DNA of 64,000 nucleotides from a bacterium (GTDB lineage Bacteria; Patescibacteriota; Minisyncoccia; Phycocordibacterales; Phycocordibacteraceae): NCBI GenBank assembly GCA_037200965.1, contig JBBCGK010000001.1, positions 433,992 to 497,991 of the forward strand, read 5' to 3'. Shown piece by piece: positions 58,043 to 64,000 of this stretch (position 1 is its first letter; each line of letters starts with the position of its first letter). The notes under the pieces were generated by a model. It saw only the letters and a program-made list of their open reading frames with translations, ran no database searches and was not told where the DNA came from. The position numbers and the translations under genes were made by a program.

Positions 58043-59094
58043 GGTGCCGCATATTCAAACGGCACATATAAGGGCGCTTTTTCAAGAAATACCCGGCTTA
58101 AGAGCTCGCTCTGTTCCGTAATGGTATTGCGGAGCGTACGGCGTTTCCCGTGATGGAGGACTTTCGACTCGAGGCGCTTAAGCACCGCCTCAACCACCTT
58201 GCTCTTTCCTTGCGCAGAAAGCCGATATTCGATCTTGCTTACCTGCTCGAAATCGCCGCGCTTGCCAAGTTCCTGAGAAATGAAGAGCGGCATGACTGCA
58301 GCGTCGACGACGGGGACCCGAAACTCTTCGACCAGATCGAGGACGAGCGCGGGCTTGCCGTAACGCTCGGAATGATAAAGTCCGAGATACGGGTCGAGAC
58401 CGATATAAAGGCACGCCCGCTCGACTTCGTTATAGAGGATGCCGTATCCGTAATTAAGAGCGCTGTTGAACTTGTCCCTGCCTTGCGGTATCCGGCCCGG
58501 GAACTTAAAAAGCGATTTCATGCCTTGCCAATAGCGCTCTGCAATGGATCCTTCAAGGCCAAGCAGTTCCTCGTTCACCCGGTTGCTCGGAAGCAGCTTC
58601 GCTATCGACTCAAAAACCGCCTCCGCCTGCATCCGCTCCTTCGCATTCTCCGCACCGTATCGGTCGGCAAGATGGCGCATAAAGCGGATTTGGTTGCGGC
58701 ACTTACCGACAACGAAGGTACGCGCAAGTTCGAAGGATTTAGCCGGATCGGAGGAAGTCGTAAGCTGTGCGCGGCGCAATGTCGCGAGCCCCTTCGGGTC
58801 GCTTGAGAAAATGCGCCCGACGGGTTTCCCAAATGCGCCGAGATAGACGATATCGACTTCGTGCTCGAGCGCGAGTTGCACCGCATGCATGGAAATGGAG
58901 GACGGACGGAGTATGACGATCTTAGCAAGCCGCCGGACCGGATACTCCTTCTTAACCCGGAGAAGCTTTACCGCAGTTCCCCGCTTGCGACGCCTGCCAC
59001 CCCCAAGCGGCTTTCGCGGAACCGGGAGACTGACCGTAATACGCTCGCCCGTCGCGCCGATGAAGCTGCCATAGGTATCTATCAGCAAATCCAT
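58039..59094 (-). CDS. cas1: CRISPR-associated integrase Cas1
   Basis: ...NSALNYGYGILYNEVERACLYIGLDPYLGLYHSERYGKPALVLDLVEEFRVPVVD... canonical Cas1 signature, 351 aa. Confidence 0.9.
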   Translation of the reverse strand: MDLLIDTYGSFIGATGERITVSLPVPRKPLGGGRRRKRGTAVKLLRVKKEYPVRRLAKIVILRPSSISMHAVQLALEHEVDIVYLGAFGKPVGRIFSSDPKGLATLRRAQLTTSSDPAKSFELARTFVVGKCRNQIRFMRHLADRYGAENAKERMQAEAVFESIAKLLPSNRVNEELLGLEGSIAERYWQGMKSLFKFPGRIPQGRDKFNSALNYGYGILYNEVERACLYIGLDPYLGLYHSERYGKPALVLDLVEEFRVPVVDAAVMPLFISQELGKRGDFEQVSKIEYRLSAQGKSKVVEAVLKRLESKVLHHGKRRTLRNTITEQSELLSRVFLEKAPLYVPFEYAAP

Positions 59095-59149
59095 GGGGCG
59101 TATATACTACCGCCTTGACCTAGTGTCAAGGATCACGCAACGCCCTCGC

Positions 59150-60580
59150 TTACCCAAGCCTCGGAAACAGATTCTCCGGTTTCTTATTTTCCGTAACCGC
59201 CTCTTTTATTTTCTCGCTCGTCGACGGCATGAAAGGACTGAGGAAACGGGCAATCCAATAGAGCTCGGCGGCGAGCCCGGCAATGATCGCTCTTCCCTTT
59301 TCCGGATCGTTCTTCACGAGCTTGAACGGCTCTTCGGCCGTGATGCGTTCGTCGGCAGCTTGTATGCGCGCGAATATGTAATCGAGCGCCTGATCGAAAC
59401 GGAAAGCTGCGAACGCATCAATATATTCTTTCGGAAACGCTTCCGACGGGGCAGGACGCGCGACCGGCTCCGGAAGGTGCGTCTCGGCAAGCTTCATCAC
59501 ACGCGCGACGAGGTTCCCGAGGCCGTTCGTAAGATTCGCGGTATACCACTCATCAAGCCGCTCCCACGTGACATCGGAATCTTCAACCGGATGCACGTGC
59601 CGAAGCAGCATGTAGCGGGTGGCGTCCGTACCGTATTTCGCAACAAGCTCGCCCGGGCTTATGACATTCCCGAGACTCTTGCTCATCCGCTGCCCGCCGG
59701 AATTTATGAATCCGTGATAGAAGACCTGATCGGTGTTCTTAATGCCGGCCGAAAAGAGCATCGCCTGCCACATAAGCGACTGGAATCGCACCTGATCCTT
59801 CCCTGCCGTCTGGAGCGTTTGTCCTTCCTCCCAGAACTTCTTGAAATTGCCGTCCGCGTCTCCGGGCCATCCGAGCGCCGAGATGTAGTTCGTAAGAGCG
59901 TCGAACCAGACGTACATAACCTGCGTATCGTCTCCCGGAACCGGAACCCCCCACGAAAGCCGCGCTTTCTCGCGCGAGATACTGAAATCCTCGAGCCCTC
60001 CTTTCACGAAGCTGAGCGCCTCCTCCCTCCTCCACTCAGGAATTACGACATCCGGACGGGCGAGGTACTCGATCAGGCGGTCCTGATACTTTGAATATCT
60101 AAAGAAATGATTTTCTTCCGAAATCTCCTGGAGCTCGAGATTTGGGTGGAGCACGCAATGCCCGTCGGCCAGCTCCTTTTCCGTCTTGTACGCTTCGCAT
60201 CCGACGCAATACCAGCCAACATAGGCCTTCTTATATATATCCCCCGCTGCCTCGCACCGCTTCCACATCTCCTCGGCAGCCCTGATATGCTCGGGGCTCG
60301 TCGTCCGCATGAACCCGTCGTTAGTGAGTGCGAGCGTCTCCCTAAGCGAGCGTACCCGTCCCGCATAGTCGTCGACGTAGGCCTGCACATCCTGTCCTAC
60401 TTTTTCGGCTGACTGGAATATCTTTTGCCCGTGCTCGTCGGTTCCAGTCGAGAAAAATACTTCTTCGCCAGAAAGCCGCCAGAAACGCGCAAGCGCGTCG
60501 GCCTGCACAAGCTCGAGCGCGAAGCCGATATGCTGATCGGCATTCACGTACGGAATCGTTGTCGTTACGTATCTCGCCAT
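59150..60580 (-). CDS. metG: Methionyl-tRNA synthetase (short form)
   Basis: PYVNADQHIGFA (HIGH-region), ...GQRMSKSLGN (KMSKS), Cys knuckles. Confidence 0.9.
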   Translation of the reverse strand: MARYVTTTIPYVNADQHIGFALELVQADALARFWRLSGEEVFFSTGTDEHGQKIFQSAEKVGQDVQAYVDDYAGRVRSLRETLALTNDGFMRTTSPEHIRAAEEMWKRCEAAGDIYKKAYVGWYCVGCEAYKTEKELADGHCVLHPNLELQEISEENHFFRYSKYQDRLIEYLARPDVVIPEWRREEALSFVKGGLEDFSISREKARLSWGVPVPGDDTQVMYVWFDALTNYISALGWPGDADGNFKKFWEEGQTLQTAGKDQVRFQSLMWQAMLFSAGIKNTDQVFYHGFINSGGQRMSKSLGNVISPGELVAKYGTDATRYMLLRHVHPVEDSDVTWERLDEWYTANLTNGLGNLVARVMKLAETHLPEPVARPAPSEAFPKEYIDAFAAFRFDQALDYIFARIQAADERITAEEPFKLVKNDPEKGRAIIAGLAAELYWIARFLSPFMPSTSEKIKEAVTENKKPENLFPRLG

Positions 60581-61630
60581 TTATGCCGCAAGGCGCGCGC
60601 GCTCCCTGCGCGCCTTGTCAATGTCGCTCACGAACTCCTGGAGAATCGCCGCGAGCGGGACCGAGAGGAAAACCCCGAGGAACCCGGCGAGTTCCCCGCC
60701 CGCGATAAGGGCGACGATGACGAGGAGCGGCGGCACGCCGATGATCTTCTTCACCACGAGCGGGTAGATGAGGTTCGCCTCGAACTGGTTCACGACGACG
60801 AAGAGCCCGGCGACAATGAACGCAAGGGGCGTCCCGCCGAATGTCCAGGCGACGACGATCGCCGGAACCGCCGCGATGAAGGAGCCGAAGACCGGGATGA
60901 TTTCGCACATCGCCGTGAAGATGCCAAGAAGCAGAGCATAGGGAACGCCGAGAATGAGGAGGCCGAGATAGACGAGAATGCCTGCGAGAAGCGACATGAG
61001 AAGCTGTCCCTGCATCCAGAGGCCGATCTTCTGCTGCGAACGCCGCCAGAGGCCGACGACATACTGCTCCTTCGAGACCGGCGTGATGAGGCGTATGAAA
61101 TCCTCGACGCCCGACTCCTGCACGGAGAAATAAAACGAGAGGACGATAACGAGGAAGAGCGAGAACGCGCCGCCGAAGAACGCGGCAAGAAGATTGATCG
61201 CGCCTTGGGAACCGGCCGCAAGCCCGTCGCGAAGCGCGAGCAGCTCGCCAAGCACGTTGCCTCCCCCGCCCTGGTCGGTGAGCGAAGCGGGAAGATTCAC
61301 GCTCTCAAGATAGTGCGGGACGCTTGAGAAGAAGCCGCCCGCCTCGTCGAGTATCGGCGGGAAGAAGAAAAACAGCACGATGAACACCGCGCCGAACACG
61401 ATGAGATACATGGCAAGGACCGCCAACACGCGCGGGAAGCGGTACCGCATAAAGAAATGCACGCCGGGGCGTATCGCCGAGGCGAGGACGACGGCGGTAA
61501 TGAGGAGAAGCACGAGGCCCTTGAGCGTCCAGAGGGCATAGGCGCCCGCGGCGATAACGAGCGCCATGAGCATCGTTCCCGGGGTGATGGTGATCGAGAA
61601 CTGCTTATCCATGGCGGAATAGTAACACAA
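60581..61630 (-). CDS. AI-2E family transporter (PerM/UPF0118)
   Basis: ~8 TM helices, 349 aa, typical family length and topology. Confidence 0.7.
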   Translation of the reverse strand: MCYYSAMDKQFSITITPGTMLMALVIAAGAYALWTLKGLVLLLITAVVLASAIRPGVHFFMRYRFPRVLAVLAMYLIVFGAVFIVLFFFFPPILDEAGGFFSSVPHYLESVNLPASLTDQGGGGNVLGELLALRDGLAAGSQGAINLLAAFFGGAFSLFLVIVLSFYFSVQESGVEDFIRLITPVSKEQYVVGLWRRSQQKIGLWMQGQLLMSLLAGILVYLGLLILGVPYALLLGIFTAMCEIIPVFGSFIAAVPAIVVAWTFGGTPLAFIVAGLFVVVNQFEANLIYPLVVKKIIGVPPLLVIVALIAGGELAGFLGVFLSVPLAAILQEFVSDIDKARRERARLAA

Positions 61631-61677
61631 AGGGCGCTCCGAATGGAGCGCCCTGAGTTTCCGTTTCCGGCACTCCT

Positions 61678-62199
61678 TCAGCGTGCCGCAGCGCCAAGCT
61701 GCTCGTCGGGGAGCCTGTCGTCGGGCGACATGAAGAGCGCAACCACCCCAAGGACGACAGACAGAAATCCGAATCCCGGATTAGCTCCGAGGCCTGCGGA
61801 GAGGAGCACGAGCGCGGGCATGGTGAGCGAAATCGTCGTCGCCCCCAAGTGGAGGACCGGGTGTTCGATCGCGTTCACGCTGCGCGGATAGCCGAAGTCC
61901 GAGACGTAAAGCAGAAGAAGCAGTGTGGCTGCGGTACTCGCGACGCCGATCACCCAAGAACCGCCGAGGAAAAGCATGACGGTGCCCGCGGCCGCAAAGA
62001 CTGCCGAAGGCGCCGCAATGGTTGCCTGCATTTTATTCATCTTTTGCAGGATGCCCATGCCGACCGCAAGCAAGAATACAATACCCATCACCCTATTCTG
62101 CTGGGCGAGCACATTGACATGAAACAGGGAGCTGGTGACGTAAAAGTACAAAGGACCGGTTGCCATGAGGGCAGCCGCGAATATCTTGTTCATGAGCAA
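61678..62199 (-). CDS. Hypothetical membrane protein
   Basis: 173 aa, several TM helices. Confidence 0.45.
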   Translation of the reverse strand: MLMNKIFAAALMATGPLYFYVTSSLFHVNVLAQQNRVMGIVFLLAVGMGILQKMNKMQATIAAPSAVFAAAGTVMLFLGGSWVIGVASTAATLLLLLYVSDFGYPRSVNAIEHPVLHLGATTISLTMPALVLLSAGLGANPGFGFLSVVLGVVALFMSPDDRLPDEQLGAAAR

Positions 62200-62285
62200 T
62201 CTCCCGATTTGGCACGCAGGATGCGGGCCGAGCCTCTGAGCAGCAGAGTAGCGCTGCTTGTAGAAAGTGCAAGAGGTTCTTCTGC

Positions 62286-63683
62286 TTATGAAAGCGTTGC
62301 CCTTAGTCTCTCGGCAACCTGCCCGACCGTAAGGCGCTCCTGCGCTCCGGTATCCCGGTCGCGAAGCGTCACGGTGTCCTTAAGTTCCGGCATCTCCCCG
62401 AGCGTATCGAAGTCGATTGTCACGCACCAGGGCGTTCCGATCTCGTCCTGCCTCCGGTAGCGCTTGCCGATGTTGCCGTTATCGTCCCAGGCGATTGCCG
62501 GATGGATCTTCTTAAGGGCCGCGCGCACTTCCCTCGCCTTTTCGACGAGTTCCGGCTTGTTTTTGAGGAGCGGAAAGACCGCCGCTTTCACCGGCGCGAC
62601 CTTCGGCGAGAGCGCGAGACGTATCCGCTTTTCTCCGCCAAGTTCGTCCTCCTGATACGCATCGAGAAGAATCGCGAAGAACAGGCGCCCGACACCTCCC
62701 GAGGATTCTATGATGTGCGGGATGAAGCGGGTGCCGCTTTCTTCGTCGAAGTAATCGAGCGACTTCCCGCTTCCTTTCGAGTGCTGCGTAAGGTCGTAAT
62801 CGCCGCGCGCGTGAATACCCTCGAGCTCGTCGAACCCCCACGGGAAACGATATTCGATATCCCACGCGTCTTTCGCATAGAACACGAGATTCTCATGCCG
62901 TTTCCAGCGAAGATTGTCCGCGTCAAATCCCAGTTCGAGGATCGCATTCCATCGGTACTCCCTGAGTTTCTCGTACTCGGACATCTCCTGCTCCGGACGC
63001 GTAAAATACTGCATTTCCATCTGTTCGAACTCGCGCCCGCGAAAGAGAAACTGCCGCGGCGATATTTCGTTCCGGAACGCCTTGCCGATCTGCGCGATGC
63101 CAAACGGCAATTTCATGGGGTTCGAGTCGAGCACGTTCTTGTAGTCCACGTAAATGCCCTGGCATGTCTCTCCGCGAAGATATGCCGGGGCGCTGCCCTG
63201 TTCGGTGAAGTCGCCGAGATTCGACTTCACGAGCAGATTGAACTTTCGCGCCAGAGAGAAATCGTGGCTCCCGCACTTCTCGCACGCGATTTCCGCCCGG
63301 TGCGCGTCGAAGAGCTTGTTTATCTCGTCCTCGCTCATCTTCTCGTCAGCCACGATTCCTATCGATTCGAGCGCCTTATCAACCCGTATGCGCGTATTGC
63401 ACACCTTGCACTCCGCCATCGGGTCTGAGAAGCCTTTCGTATGGCCGCTCGCTTCCCAGACGCGCGGATTCATGAAGATCGCCGCATCGAGGCCGACGAT
63501 ATCGTCCCGATCGTATACCATCTTTCTCCACCACTGCGCTTTCAGGTTGTTTTCGAGTTCGACGCCGAGAGGGCCGAAATCGTAGACCCCGGCGAAACCG
63601 CCGTAGATTTCGGAGCTCGGATACACGAACCCCCGGCGCTTCGCGAGCGACACGATCTTCTCCATCTTGTCCGCAGCCTCCAT
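62286..63683 (-). CDS. glyQS: Glycyl-tRNA synthetase, dimeric class II (GlyQS)
   Basis: ...FRNEISPRQFLFRGREFEQMEMQYF... motif 2, class II motif 3 (...GGVGRL...), C-terminal anticodon-binding domain. Confidence 0.9.
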   Translation of the reverse strand: MEAADKMEKIVSLAKRRGFVYPSSEIYGGFAGVYDFGPLGVELENNLKAQWWRKMVYDRDDIVGLDAAIFMNPRVWEASGHTKGFSDPMAECKVCNTRIRVDKALESIGIVADEKMSEDEINKLFDAHRAEIACEKCGSHDFSLARKFNLLVKSNLGDFTEQGSAPAYLRGETCQGIYVDYKNVLDSNPMKLPFGIAQIGKAFRNEISPRQFLFRGREFEQMEMQYFTRPEQEMSEYEKLREYRWNAILELGFDADNLRWKRHENLVFYAKDAWDIEYRFPWGFDELEGIHARGDYDLTQHSKGSGKSLDYFDEESGTRFIPHIIESSGGVGRLFFAILLDAYQEDELGGEKRIRLALSPKVAPVKAAVFPLLKNKPELVEKAREVRAALKKIHPAIAWDDNGNIGKRYRRQDEIGTPWCVTIDFDTLGEMPELKDTVTLRDRDTGAQERLTVGQVAERLRATLS

Positions 63684-64000
63684 ATCGAATCCGTTATAGC
63701 AAAGCCGCGGATTATTGCACGTCCGACGTGTCCGGACGGTACGCCGGATCGCGGTCCATTTGCGTCGTGACGACGCTTCCCTGTCCCGTGACCGTCACCT
63801 GCGCGAAACGGTCGACGCCCGTGATCGTCGGCGCGTTTACCAAGACCGGACTTCCCCCGCGCTGGTTGACGCTTGGCGTGAAGCCGATCTGGAACATCGC
63901 CTGAGCCGAGGCGCCTGCGGCTATGTCGCCCGCGCTCCAGGTAACGGTGCGGGACGACGGGTTATAGGAAACGGAACCGTCGGCGGGAGAGGTCGCGCCG

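Noticed and set aside
63712-64000. Partial minus-strand ORF at the window edge
   Set aside because: Only ~60-95 codons are visible and no motif is present. It cannot be called.

Overview
High-GC (~55-60%) bacterial window whose housekeeping part looks CPR/Patescibacteria-like. The rRNA genes are interrupted by introns that encode LAGLIDADG homing endonucleases, and the 16S gene is unlinked from a 23S-5S pair. Minus-strand rRNA features: a partial 16S (1-2090, one intron carrying a two-motif LAGLIDADG ORF), a 5S (~14748-14868) and a 23S (~14950-20245) with three to four introns. The 23S introns include ones at the classical L1917, L2449 and L2593 sites, two of which carry LAGLIDADG ORFs. Core genes present: pyrH, secDF, dinJ-yafQ, folD, a glycan-synthesis cluster (epimerase, sugar transferase, GT4 glycosyltransferase), ftsW/rodA, rplJ-rplL with the L10 leader, an orphan OmpR-type response regulator followed by a histidine-kinase remnant, two large peptidoglycan-binding surface proteins, ftsK, recA, an ECF sigma factor, efp, rpsF-ssb-rpsR, tatD, metG and glyQS. 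The main finding: cas1-cas2 (57746-59094, minus strand) is followed 32 bp downstream by a perfect 36-nt direct repeat (GTTGCACAACCTCCTTTTTACGAACGATCCTGCAGG). That repeat recurs six times across 19 kb, but instead of 30-40 bp spacers the inter-repeat segments are 1.4-10.9 kb blocks carrying whole genes and truncated gene fragments. The blocks hold a MazG-like plus PurA/PurZ-like pair, a HerA/T4CP-like ATPase, an ATP-grasp enzyme, two secreted nucleases, XRE/LysR/GNAT genes, a SpvB/TcB-like toxin fragment, a phage tail-fibre-like gene, a PRTase, and a patatin fragment with two unknown partners. GC content varies between blocks, and two genes (SpvB-like, patatin) are cut exactly at a repeat. I read this as a candidate CRISPR-derived mega-spacer or cassette array: a Cas1-Cas2 adaptation module that appears to have integrated kilobase-scale foreign DNA, duplicating the repeat each time. 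All calls rest on manual reading of motifs; no tool or database search was run.
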